Source: Camelus dromedarius (taxonomy: Eukaryota). From it: DNA of 64,000 nt. The notes below the pieces were generated by a model. It did no database searches and was not told the DNA's origin. It saw nothing but the letters and a program-made list of their open reading frames with translations. The stretch covers positions 91,700,001-91,764,000 of the forward strand of contig NC_087436.1 in NCBI RefSeq assembly GCF_036321535.1, written 5' to 3'. The translations under genes and the position numbers were made by a program. Positions 1 to 11,675 of this stretch are shown here, piece by piece; positions within the stretch are counted from its first letter, which is position 1, and the number at the start of each line of letters is the position of its first letter.

Positions 1-499
1 TCACCCTCTCACCTCTAACCAACTAAGAAATTTCTTTGCCTTGTCATCATGTCTTCTTCTGGTTACAATAGAGAAAATGATCCATTCTCGATCAGAGGCT
101 AATCTCTTCTGCGCTCCAGAGATGGTCTCCCCTCAAGAGTATGTCTCCTGTGTTTTCTCTTCCCCAGTATCATCAGTATCTTCTTCTCTATTGTTTATAA
201 CCTCATCACCATGCAATTTTCCTTTAGTACATCCCCCTAGACAGCGCCTGCAACAACAAAACATGCTTCATTTACTGCCTTTCATCAATTTCCCTTCATG
301 GCCAAACACACTGACAGGTTTTCTTCTAAACGTTACAGTCACACTTCCTCAAAACCTATGTGCTCTAATAAAGCTTCTTTCTCCTAGTACTCAAAGAAAC
401 CTCCTTAGAGGTTTCCAAAGACCTCCATATTGGCAAGTTTATTTTAAAAATCACTGTTTTCAATATGTGTAGACTTTCAGGATCATTCCACACAGTGCA

Positions 500-536
500 G
501 TGTTGGTGGTATAGTGGTGAGCAAAGCTGCCTTCCA
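500..536 (+). pseudogene. Tailless retropseudogene of the 5' half of tRNA-Gly(TCC)
   Basis: GTGTTGGTGGTATAGTGGTGAGCAAAGCTGCCTTCCA matches recalled mammalian tRNA-Gly-TCC 5' half GCGTTGGTGGTATAGTGGTGAGCATAGCTGCCTTCCA at 35/37; it stops 1 nt after the TCC anticodon (533-535) and is flanked by the direct repeat CAGGATCATTCCACACAGT (478-496, 535-553). Confidence 0.9.
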
Positions 537-771
537 GGATCATTCCACACAGTTCATAATGTTTTCCTTTGTGAAAAACCCTTTCAATTTCCAGAACACA
601 CTACACCCTGGGTTTTCCTTTTACCACCTCTCTGTCTCCTTAGCACCTTTCTCATCTACCCCACCCCCCTAATGTTGCCAGTACTCAGTAATGAGTATTT
701 TTCTCTCTTCTCTCTGCAATTTCTCCCTTTGCATTAAATAATTTCATTCCTATGGATTTAAATGACATCTT

Positions 772-1150
772 TATTATGTATGATTCTTTCAGCTACAAAT
801 AACAAAGCCCCCAAGTTGTATTGGTTTACATAATAGAAGCTTAACTGAGTGAATTAATCAAGTTAGGAAGCTGTGTTGTAACTGACATTGTTTTTGTCTT
901 TATCTCATGGTTGCAAAGTGGCTGCCACCTCTTGAAATATTCTATTCTTACACAGTGACATCCTGAGCTGAAAGCAAGTGGGAAGCCTGGAGAAAAATGT
1001 TTCCCCTCATGTCTCCATGTAATAGGAAAGATAACATTGATAGAAGCTTTCAGAAGTACTTCTCATGTTTTATTGTCTAGAATTGGATCATATGTTCATT
1101 CATAGACCAGTTGTTCTTCATGTGAAAATGTTTGCCATAATTTGGTTAAA
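772..1150 (-). mobile_element. Old MaLR LTR (MLT1J/K/L-like)
   Basis: 'ttctttcagctacaaataacaaagccc', 'ctcatggttgcaaagtggctgcc' and 'ctagaattggatcatatgttca' resemble reverse-strand old MLT1. Confidence 0.55.
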
Positions 1151-1289
1151 ATCAAACGAATTCATTTTCCTGGCCTTGAATTCGTTTCTGTATAAATTTG
1201 GAATTCTCTTAGATGCCTACTTTGAAGCCATTTCTCTCTTTTTTTTTACAAATCATCTTTGTGTTTCTTCTCACGAATCCAATCAAAAT

Positions 1290-1737
1290 CACTACATTTA
1301 TGAGAAAGTAGATCCAGCACTTGGTCTAGAGGGGAAGTTATGTTTGATTTTTCGTCAGTGAGAAGAAAAGAGGAACTTTTCTGAAAGGGCCTTTAGGAAT
1401 GATTTTTTATCTCATGAGAGGGTGGTATGTGCTAAAAGGGACTTCAATTTATGCTGCTTCCAGCTTCCTCATGTTTGAACATGGCTTGATGGTTAGAGTT
1501 GCTATAGTGAACTTGTAACTATGGGGGGAAGATTAAACACACACGTACACACAGACACACGCACGTGCACAAATTCCCAAGATTCTTGAGTCTTTGAACC
1601 AATACTTTTACCATTGCTTTGACCTTAGCAAGCCTTTACCTTCAGAATTACTGCTATATGAGAAAAAATAACTCCCACTTTTTAAGTCACTGTTTGTCAG
1701 AATTTTGTTACCCAGATGGCGTATCTAATTGATACAC
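1290..1737 (+). mobile_element. Old MaLR LTR (MLT1J/K-like) with an internal CA-rich tract
   Basis: MLT1-type 3' end 'tatgagaaaaaataactccc...tttaagtcactg...ttttgttacc...ctaattgataca'. Confidence 0.55.
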
Positions 1738-1995
1738 CACCTATATGCTGTCAGCTTTCTAAACTCCACTTCTCAGACCTCTGTGAGCTGTCGCATCTGT
1801 GCCACAAGATGAATATTTGTTAGATAATTAATGAATAAAAGCATTTGATCTTTGTTAACAAGATTCATCCTTGACATCTGCAATTGGATGCTACAAATCA
1901 AATGTATTATGGTCAAAACTGGATTCTTAACATACCCACTGGTTTAGAGCATATTCTTTTCTACACAATCTTTAAATAGATGGGACAACATTCAC

Positions 1996-2462
1996 TGTGT
2001 TAGGTTCTCTAGAGCAATAGAATAGATAGGATGTATATAAAGAGATTATAAGGAATTGGCTCCCAGGATTGTGGAGACTGAGAAGTCTCAAGATCAGCAG
2101 TGAGCAAACTGGAGACTCAGAGCCGATGGTGTGGTTCTGGTCTAAGACTGAAGGCCTGCAAACCAGGAGAGCTGGTGGTGTAAGTTCCAATCCAAGTCCA
2201 AGTCTGAAGCAGGAGAAGACCAGTGTTGCAGCTCAAAGACAGAGAAAGCAAATTCTTCCTTCCTCAGCCTGATGGTCCTATTCATGCTGTCAGGAAACTG
2301 GATGAGGTCCATCCACACTGGGGAGGGCAATGGGCTTTACTCAGCCTACTGATTCAAGTGTTAATCCAGGAACACCCTCACCAGCACACCCAGAATAGTA
2401 TTGAACCCAAATATCTGGGCACCCAGTGACTCAATAAAGTTCATACATGAGATTGGCCATCC
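1996..2462 (-). mobile_element. ERVL solo LTR, MLT2 family
   Basis: 'ttaggttctctagag', 'tataaggaattggctc...gattgtggagactgagaagtc', 'gaaggcctgc...caggagagctggtggtgtaagttcc', 'ccaaatatctgggcaccc'. Confidence 0.85.
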
Positions 2463-3067
2463 ATTCCAACAAATTTCATCTTTGATTATTCTGTTTGAAT
2501 AATCCCATTGTAGTGAATTTAAAATTCATTTTCTATCGTGATGTTCAAGCTATGTATCTGGATTCATGCTCCTTTTTCACTTTAATCTTCTATGACTTAT
2601 CCATTATTATTCACTGATGTCTAGAACCAAATGGAAAGCATTTTAGTTTTGTTTTGGCTTTGTTTTTGTATCTGAAGACCATGCTCATTCCCACTTCTAG
2701 ACCTTTATCACAATCATTTATTCTTTCTGGAATGCTCTTTCTGCTCTTTGCTGGCATCAGTCTTTCATTTCCTGTAGGTCCTTAAAAAGGGTATCCAAAG
2801 AGAGACTTTCTCTGATATTTATACTTCATTCAGGTTTCTGTTATTTTCTATATCATATTTTTTCACTTCACTGTATTTACTGTGAATTATTTTCTTAAAA
2901 TAATTTAATGTTTTTAAAATGCATTAAAAGGAATTGGATAATTGTTATTTCCTTTGTATTTATTGTGTATGTTTTATTGTCAGACAATAGGACAGGTGTA
3001 AATTATGCATGATTTAGAGACTACTTGCCCTTCTCAATGATATTTAAATTCGTGTTTAAATAAAAAT

Positions 3068-3612
3068 TGTATCAGTATCTATTGCTATATAACAAATGAC
3101 CTTAGAACTTGTTGACTTTAAATATCAAACTTTAATTATCTCAGAGTTTCCGTGACTTAGGTATCTGGGTGCCGCTTAGCTGGTTGCCTCTAACTCAGGT
3201 CCCCTCACAAGGCCACAACAAGGGGAGAAGCCTTATAAATCACTCATGTGACTATTGACAAGACTTAGCTCTTCCTGTATTATTAGATGTAGGCCCTTTG
3301 TTCCTCACTGACTTTGGCCAGAAACCTCCCTCAGTTTCTTGCCACACAGGCATCTTGGTGGTGACTTGCACAGCACGTCCACTTGCTTCCCTTTGAAGAA
3401 ACTAACGAGTGAGTGAAAATGAGCAGCAAGTTGAAAGCCATGGTCTTTTGTAACATAATCTAGAAAATGACATTCTATCACTGTTACTATATTCGTTTTC
3501 CTAGGAAGTAAGTCTCCAGGTCCAGCTCACCTACATTTGGAGGGGATTACATGAGGGCATGAATATTTGGAAGTGAGATCTATTGGAACCATTTTAGAAA
3601 CTTCCTACACCA
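3068..3612 (-). mobile_element. MaLR solo LTR (MLT1F/G-like)
   Basis: Starts 'tgtatcagtatctattgctatataacaaat' and ends 'ggggattacatgagggcatgaata...ggaaccattttagaa'. Confidence 0.75.
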
Positions 3613-3760
3613 AACAGAATTTTCAGTTTGGTTGTTATGCTGTGACAGCTGCCTGATGCTTTTCGTCCTCTAGAACGTAACTCGCAAGAATATATATTCA
3701 AATGTCGGTTTAATACCGTATCTTCAGCCTCCTGGTTAGTGTGGGCTCATGTTAGGCAGC

Positions 3761-4058
3761 TGTGGTAGACTGAGTAAGGCCACTCTTCCCCCACCCCCTT
3801 GCAAAGATGTCTACCTTCTAACCCTCTTAACATGGGAATGTGACCTTAATGTGGTAAAAAGAGACTTTGCAAGTGTGAATATGTTAAAGATGTTGAGATG
3901 GGAGTTTATTCTGGATTATCTAGGTGGAACCAATGTAACCACAAGGGTCAGCATAAAGGGGATGCAGGAGGATCAGAGGGAACAGGAGAAGTTGGAATGA
4001 TGCAAGGAAGTGGCCACTAGCCAAGGGACGCAGGCAGCCTCGAGAAGCTGAAAAAGAT
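3761..4058 (+). mobile_element. MaLR LTR, MLT1D-like, 3'-truncated
   Basis: 'tgtggtagactgagtaaggcc', 'aaaagagactttgca', 'ctggattatctaggtgg', 'gccaagggacgcaggcagcctcgagaagctg'. Confidence 0.8.
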
Positions 4059-5376
4059 GTGACTTTCATGATACCTTATAATAATTATACCTGTACTATT
4101 ATTTAATTATAAAATACTATGTAATAGTTGAGAGAATTAAAGTAATTAGCCTTAGAAACAAAACAAGGGAATTAGACACTTTTGTCTTTAAATACTCACC
4201 AAACCATGAGTTAAAACATCAGCTTTGTTCTTTCCAATGACTGAATGACCTAGTAGGTACTGAAATAGATTTCAAAGTCCCTTACAAATCTAAGAGTCTA
4301 CAATATCATAATTTTTAGATGAATGATGTGTAAGTTGAATTTTTCTATTTCTGTGATAACTTTTGAAGTTATATTAGGTCAGCTGAACATGTATATAAAT
4401 CTAAAAATATATGCACACAATTTTTAGAATTATGTGCTACAAACAAATCAGTTCAATGACATACACTTCAATAATCAAATTCTTCTTAGAGAAAAGTAAA
4501 ACATCTTTTAGCATTTCCTGTTATTTTGTAATTCACTAAGGATAAAGAGAGATTTAGTGAAGTATATGTTTAAATTGTATCCATATGCAAATGTAATTTA
4601 ATACATTTTAGAAAATCTACTGAAAATACTTCTGCTAAAGTTCTTGAAGCACACATTTCATACATTGCTCTTGAAATTTTATCTTAAGGGACTCTCATGA
4701 CTATTTTCCATGTTTAGAACTCCATATTACTTACACTGCTTTTTCTGAAGCAAATTGTATTTATTTAAAGAACTGTAATGTACACTATTACTTTCAAATG
4801 TTTATATTCTAAGAGAATTTAGATATTAATAGAATTTTAATTTCAACATAGTCCAAGGAGTCATAAAATTACAAATTTCTTTAGAACAAAGCCAAAAGCA
4901 CATCCAAATAGAATAAGAAAAAAAAAAACTATCTGCCAATTTCTAATATCAAGTTTCCTATCAAGAATCAACCATAAAATGTCTTTGTAAATTAAAACTG
5001 TTTATAATAATAATGCATCAAATGTAATATTTGTTTGATTATGGCTTGCACTTAGTCAATAATCTTTCTTCTTTAATTTATGGAAACAGATAAATCACTG
5101 ATATTTCACAAGAAACTTATCTTTAGAACTCTAAGTTTATTTATGGTGGACTGGCAGCTTACAATTAAATAGAGAAAAAAACTTATAACTTTCTGATGTC
5201 TTTGAAATGTCATATAGGATAATGAAACAGATGCATTGTGATCCATGTTTTGAATTTTTATAAGAAATTAGTTTGTAGTTGGGTCTCATAAAAAAATGAC
5301 AGAATTCCATCAAGAAGAAATAAAATTTTAAAACCACACACAGAAAAACACTTGAGTAAAATGTGTGTGTGTAGTT

Positions 5377-5885
5377 ATTTATTTATTTTTTATTTATTTA
5401 TTCATTTATTTTTTGGTATTTCTCTGTTTCTTTGTTTTTCATATCATCAGCTCTTTGTTGAAACATAGTTGATTTACAATATCAGGTATATAGTAAAATG
5501 ATTCAGATTATATTTCATTATAGTTTATTATAAGGTTATAGGTATATCTGGAAAAAATGAAAACACTAATTCAAAAAGATACATGCAGTGTTCATAGCAG
5601 CAATATTTACAATAGCCAAGATATGGAAGCAGGTGTCCCTCAACAAATGATTAAATTAAGAACATAATGGAATATATGCAATGGAATATTACACAGCCAT
5701 TAAAATGAACTAGTGCCATTTGCAGCAACATGGAAGGACCTAGAGAATACTATGCTTAGTGAAATAAGTCACACAGAAAGAGTCAAATGCTATATAATAT
5801 CACATATATATGGAATCTAAAAAGTAGTACAAATGAATGTATATACAAAACAGAAACAGACTCACAGATACATAAAGCAAACTTG
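5377..5885 (-). mobile_element. 5'-inverted (twin-primed) L1: minus-strand 3' terminus (~5455-5540) joined to a plus-oriented ORF2-end/3'UTR piece (~5541-5885)
   Basis: 'ttgaaacatagttgatttacaat' is the L1 3' end reversed, with a T-rich tail to its left; it abuts sense L1 'ctaattcaaaaagatacatgca...gccatttgcagcaacatgga'. Confidence 0.75.
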
Positions 5886-6054
5886 TGTTTGTATTTTACA
5901 GTTAGAGTGAATGAGGAAGAGTTCAGGGGATGAATATGGTGATAATTGTAACAGTCTAAACAGTTGTTTGCAGTCTCCTTCAGAAAAATAAAGTATTTTT
6001 CACAGTGAATGTAACCCAACTTTCTGCTTCCCTTTATTCAGATGAGACAGTAAA

Positions 6055-6325
6055 AAACAAGTGGTCAAGTATGAGGACACTTGGAGACACCCTGTCTAAA
6101 TTTGAATCCCAGCTCCATCCCATTTAGCTGAGTGAAAACGAGCAACTTAACCTATGTGTGACTCAGTCTTCTTATCTCTAAAATGGGGTTAATACTCGAG
6201 AATTGTATGTACATAGTAGTGTACACTTGGGAGTTATGAGGACTTAAAATGAGGAATAAAAGCACATTAAATACTAATGTGCCTGTTCACAGTACCTATT
6301 CAATAAATATTAGCTACTGTTATTT
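6055..6325 (+). mobile_element. MIR SINE
   Basis: 'tttgaatcccagctccatc', core 'ctcagtcttcttatctctaaaatgggg', tail 'caataaatattagctactgttatt'. Confidence 0.8.
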
Positions 6326-7419
6326 TTATCATCCAAATGTTGATCAATTTAATTCATAGGAAGTATCTTCAAATCTTTTCAAATTATTTAAGTACTGTTC
6401 TTACTCTGACAACTTTTCCTTATCTGGCTTATCATGTAACTTCTTAATTCCACGTTCTTTCTCCTGAAGTCTTTTCTCTTTATGTCCTGATGTTGGATTT
6501 TTTTAAATTTAAATTTGCAATAAATGCTTCTAAGATTTAGTCTAAATAAAAACTATACAGCAACTGAAGCCCAATCCTATTTGTGGGTAAATATACAGAG
6601 CATGATTCTCAGAGCAAGGCAATATCACACCTCCCACTACATATCTAGACAATGAGACATTGCCTCTTTTTGCTCCTCAAAAACCAGCATCTTAGATCAT
6701 AACCTGGGGATAATCAGATATGTCCTTATATCTGAAAGGAGAGATGAAAAGTTACAGGTACAGCTAAATGCTTCTCATAGTAAATGGTAGCAGAGTCCAG
6801 AATCCATCAACTACAATGGTGAGTATGCAGTGGTTGTGATGTCATGGGTATTAACCTTACCAACCGGCTTCCTGAAAGAATCATTAATTATGCTCTCTGC
6901 TACCAATGTTCCCCTAGCGTCTTTGTTTCCAGGCTTCCTTCTAAATTTCAAAATGCTTGTCATACTTCCAATAAGTTTGCTTTCCATTCATGCGAATCAA
7001 AGCCAATTTCTATTGTTTATAACTGAGATCTTTAACTAATATTGAAATTAGTTCCAGGAATGGATGACAGACTACAAGTCCTTAGCAAAATGGAAGAGAT
7101 ATATGATTAGTTTAAAGCCTAGATGGGCCTGAAGACAATGAAAACATATCAGTATTCCAGGATGAGAACTGGATACCACACGGTATACAGTGATAATTTA
7201 GCTAATAAGTTACCCATCTCTAATCCCCTGTAATCAAGTAGCCATTGAAGGAAAGGTTTTGGGTCTAATGAGACATAGGTTTTCTAAGACATAACAAAGG
7301 GTATGATGAATTTAAGGCTGTAGGGTGGTGATATGACTCCTTGTAATGAGACTAAAAAGCTAAAAGAAGATAAATAAAAAATATATTGAGATCAAATCCC
7401 TAAATTCTTGGTTCAAAAT

Positions 7420-7810
7420 ATGGTGGATTGAAGAGATGGACAACAACAATTACTCTCATCATTGTATGCTCATGCTACTCTTGAAGAGGTAGAGTCATTT
7501 CTTGTTTTCTTGAATCTAGATTAGTCTTGTAACTAGCTTTGACCAATAGAATAAACTGGAAGTGATAATGTGCATTATGGGACCTGGACTTAAGAGGGCC
7601 TAGTAGCCTCCTCTTTCAGTCTTTTGAGATTCAGCTCCATGGAAAAAAGGCGTGAGTCAGACCTTTGAATGGTGATAGGATTCAGTGGGACAGAGAGGCC
7701 CAGCCAGTCCCCAGCAATACTAACCATTCCGGCTGAGGCTTCAGAAACATGAGTGAAGCCATCTTGGACCCTTCAGTCCTAGTTACGGCCCCAGCCAACA
7801 CATGGTGGCT
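7420..7810 (+). mobile_element. MaLR LTR (MLT1F/G/H-like) nested in the ERVL gag region
   Basis: 'tgtggtggattgaagagatgg', 'cttgtaactagctttgaccaatagaat...ggaagtga', 'catgagtgaagccatcttggac'. Confidence 0.75.
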
Positions 7811-8364
7811 CCTTATAACTGTGCTAAAATACACTGCTTGTTAGAGCCTCAAGAGTAAGGTAACTAAGAATTCATATAAATTTTTATTCTATGGATTCAT
7901 TCTATGGACATAGTGTTCATTGAATTCAAAGAATTACTAAGTTTTTATGTAAAGTTGAGTATACTATCGGAAAAGAGATGTTTGAGAACTAGAGTAGAGA
8001 TTTAAAGGAGGATTTGGAGACTCCAAGTACCAAAATCAGCAATGCCCACTGAGTCTCCTTTGGCCATCAAAGCAACCTGTCCTCACGTCTCTGGCCAGAC
8101 TGAAGCTCTCTGACCCAAGGTAGTTACTATGAACTGCTTCCTATAATAATAACTTAAACCAGATGCCAGCCCATTCCCAAGTGATACAAAGTCAACTTAG
8201 AAAGAAATATGTAGGACAAAACAATTTCAGAGTTTTGTTAACTAATAAAAAGGATTATAATTTATGCATTACATCTGGAAAAGAATTTTGAAAGCATATG
8301 AACAAAAAGAAAAGAATGTAGCTTTATATTGAAGTGAATTTTCTGATTATGCTGCACGTACCAA

Positions 8365-8700
8365 AATTATTGCTTCCTCCTATTTCCTGTGCTATTGCTG
8401 TCATGTGTTTTATTATTATATATTATATAAACTCACAGTAACTTGCTAGTCTTTTTGCTTTAGATGGTCAATTATATTTCAAATAGATTAAAAGTAATTT
8501 TTAAAAATCTTCTACATCTTCCTTTGCCTTAATCATTTCTAGAATTTGTTTTCTTTGTTTTGTGTGCCTGCACAAGTTTCTCTCAGATATATTTCTTCTG
8601 TTTGATGAACTTTATTATTTCTTGTAGTTCAGCTGCTGGTAGTGAATTCTTTCTTCTTTGGCTTGTGTGAAAAAGTCTTTATTTCACCTTCTATAAAAGA
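8365..8700 (-). mobile_element. Old L1 (L1MC/MD-like) fragment nested in the ERVL
   Basis: 'gctgctggtagtgaattctttc...tgtgaaaaagtctttatttcaccttc' is typical of reverse-strand old L1M. Confidence 0.55.
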
Positions 8701-11306
8701 ACTAGACTTCATCATTTTGTACTAAGACTACATCAAGTCTTGGTTTGTGCTACAATTTAGTCCAGAGAAACCATGATTGTTACTCAGTCTTTTGAACCAA
8801 TGACATCATCCTAACATAACTGAGAGAAAAGGAAGTAGCAGGCATCCTGAGACACCTGTATAGCCAAAGGAGGTAGATAAGTTATCCAAATATATAGGAG
8901 CTTATTACTTCTGTTTAGTTTCTGGGGGCCCAGTGGTCTGGAACATGTCAGAATATCCATTACATTTTGCATACCCACCACTAATAAAGGAGGAAAAAGA
9001 AACTTACTCTTTGGGCTTTTTTCCTAAATTCTGGAGATAATATATACCTGCATCTGATTTACCTTCAGTTTATAGTAGGTCTTGGAAAAAGAGAAGAATT
9101 TCCATATCTTTCAGACTGCAGTTAAAGCAGCTCTACCTTTACATCCTTACAATTCAACTGACAAAAATGATGATGCAAGAACTTGCAGGAGATCTTGTGC
9201 TGTAAAAGAGACAACAGGAATCACAGCAGAGGATCCTTGGCTCTTGTAGCAAAGTAATGCTTCTTAAGCCAGTATTTTCTTTTGAGAAATGGATCTTGGT
9301 TACATATTGGGCATGGATAGAAGCAGATTTCTGGACGAGGGACTCCAAGTGACCATGCAAAATAAGCTGCCCACAATGTACATGATGATATCTACCCAGC
9401 ACAAATATCAAGCATGCCCAGCAGTATTTCATAATTAAAATAAAGAAAAATGTATGAGACCAGAAATGAGCTAGTTCTGTGATGACAAACATTTAGTAAA
9501 CAAATTGCTTTCACCCTTAGCATGGCTTCTCTGGCCATGCCGACATCTAAGCTCTCTCCTATAACATACACCTCTGGCCACACAAAAAGTTCTCCAAGAT
9601 CCTATGACTGAGAAGAAAGAAATCTGAGTAGAATGGATGACAGGAAAAAAAAGTAATAGAACGGTTTATTCTGATTTAAAATGTCTACAGGGAGGTTGCA
9701 CTGGAAGATTGTATAATCAATTCAAAAATTTCTTTCAAAAGGCAGAACTTCAAGTGGTGTATCTCATCCTCTGTTTCTCTTAGAAGGAAAAATGGCTTAT
9801 GGCGAACCTCTACGTCAATGTGTTGGCAGATGCTAAGGTCTGGCCAGGTAACCAGGGGGCTTTAAGGAATACATTTACAGGACTGGACCAAACTCAGTAC
9901 GGCTGATATGTTTCACTTAAGGTGACAGTATCAGGGGTGGCCAAGACTGTTGCCTGCATTTTGGAAAATATATGATGGGGTGAAAATGAAGGGGAAAGAA
10001 AGGAATATGCATGTTAAAAAGAAGATTCTAATTAGTGTTATAACTTAATAAAAGACCACTACAGCAGTATACAAAAAGGTTTACCAAAGGCTCAGATCTC
10101 TTGGGAATGAAGTTTTAATCTCACCTTTAAGCTAAACTTCCTATCTGTTGAGGGCAGAGTAGCATAAAAATTGTGATTAGAAGAGGAAAGTAAAAAACAC
10201 CGTCTACAGTCACATACTCAACCGTAGAAACAAGTCTTATACCCACATTTCCTTCCTTGTTGTGCTATCTAAATATGAATGTGGTTTTTTTTTTTAAATC
10301 TTTACTTAGCTTATTTCGTTTTCCTTTCCCTTTCTTCAAGTGTATGCAGAACATACTGTTAGTAGCTAATTTTACAAACTTGCTCTTAGAACGCAGAAAA
10401 TAGAAGCAAAAAACACATTAGAGATGCAATGAACATGACGCAGGGATTCTGTGCTTGCATCTGGTAGTTACAACTGAGGAGATTTTGATTTTAGTATTTA
10501 AAAGAGCAAAATTTGGGTTACAATATTTATATTTTCTTTTTTCACGTATATTGTAAAATTATCCAGGGGAATACACTTACTGTAATTAAACTATCAAATA
10601 CTGTTATCTGTCCTCACTCATGTGAATATTTGCAGAATGGAACATTTTTTAAAATATAGTGGAAGATAACTGATTTCATGCATGTATGCATTTGTGTGAA
10701 TGTAGATATTTATTTATCACAGATGTCAAGGATCATAGTCAACAGAGATGAGTTCACAGAATAAGCAATGACCTGTTCTACTCTGAAGCCCACTTTTGCA
10801 CTAAAAATATGAAACTTTTGTTCCATAGTACTAAAAGGTTGCTTGCTGAAGAAGCAATCTGGAAAAGTTATCGACTACTTCAAGCAAGAAGTCATGTAAT
10901 ATAACTAAACCACATAAGAAATGAGGCAACCTTTAAAATTCTCTATGAAAAAGCATCACAGTTTAATCTCAGTAATGCATTTTAGCATAAGCAGAGTTTG
11001 TTTATACTTTTGAAGCAACCCTAAGACCCAAAATACCTCATTTCTTAGTTTAATTATATTTTTCTCTTGTTCTGTGTTCAGTGTAGAAGAAAAACAGCTG
11101 GTGCCCATCCTTAGGGAATAAATCTCTTCTCACTCTTGAATTCTATTATTAAAAATACTTCAAGCTGCTTTTCTCTAAAGTCATTTACTTTCTCAAGGCC
11201 ACATGGGAAGTTTGATATGTTATATCTGTGAAGATTTGAGCTAGAGTTGATATATAAGATAGCCCTTCAGAAATTCAGCTATCTGATTTATTACTAAAGA
11301 GCTGTC

Positions 11307-11675
11307 TTCTTTTTTGTTTGTTTGTTTCTTTCTTTCTTTACTATGATCAAGTGAAATTTATTCCCGAGATGCAAGGATAGTTCAACCTACACAAATCAAC
11401 CAATTTAGTACAGTACGTTAACAACATGAAAGAAAAATTGACATGATCATCTCAGTAGACACAGAAAAAGCATTTGATCAATTTCAGCATCAATTCATGA
11501 TTAAAACTTTCAACAAAATAGGTGTAGAAGGAACTTACATCAGCACAATACAGTGTAAAGTTCACAGGTAACATCTTTTGTGTGTGTTCTTCTTTTTTTT
11601 AATTGAAGTGTAGTCAGTTTACAATGTTGTGTCAAATTCTGGTGTACAGCAACATGTTTCAGTCATACATATACA
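11307..11675 (-). mobile_element. Short L1 3' end (11590-11675, minus) carrying an opposite-orientation L1 ORF2 RT fragment (11341-11570); probable 3' transduction
   Basis: Two T-rich tails (11590-11600 and 11307-11339); RT motif 'atgatcaagtgaaatttattcccgagatgcaagga' (HDQVGFIPGMQG-like); near-identical flanks t(a/t)aagagct(g/a)tct at 11295-11307 and 11692-11704. Confidence 0.75.

Larger units (their letters stand above)
640..2900 (+). mobile_element. Fragmented L2 LINE remnant (pieces ~640-770, ~1740-1960, ~2620-2900) split by LTR insertions
   Basis: L2-like motifs: 'cctatggatttaaatgacatct' resumes as 'ctatatgctg' after the LTRs; also 'cttgacatctgcaattggatg' and 'tctttctggaatgctcttt'. Confidence 0.5.
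6760..10230 (+). mobile_element. Decayed ERVL-class provirus (HERV16/ERV3-16A3/ERVL-E-like): 5' LTR remnant to ~7040, gag remnants, pol remnants ~8750-9850
   Basis: LTR-end motif 'tttctattgtttataactgagatctttaactaata' is followed by internal start 'gaaattagttccaggaatgg'; degenerate translations FLGAQWSGTCQNI (~8920), AVKAALPLHPYNSTD (~9120), ESQQRILGSCSK and YWAWIEA resemble ERVL RT/connection domain; many stops and frameshifts. Confidence 0.75.

Noticed and set aside
41..472. Longest ORF (143 aa)
   Set aside because: TTG start, low-complexity S/L/F-rich composition, no recognisable domain; consistent with chance in pyrimidine-rich DNA.
474..553. Direct repeats with a ~35-40 nt spacer, superficially like a CRISPR repeat-spacer unit
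   Set aside because: Only two copies, mammalian context, no cas genes; the spacer is a tRNA half, so the repeats are better explained as a target-site duplication.
9154..9583. Minus-strand ORFs of 112 and 63 aa
   Set aside because: Antisense to the decayed ERVL pol; no coding signal of their own.
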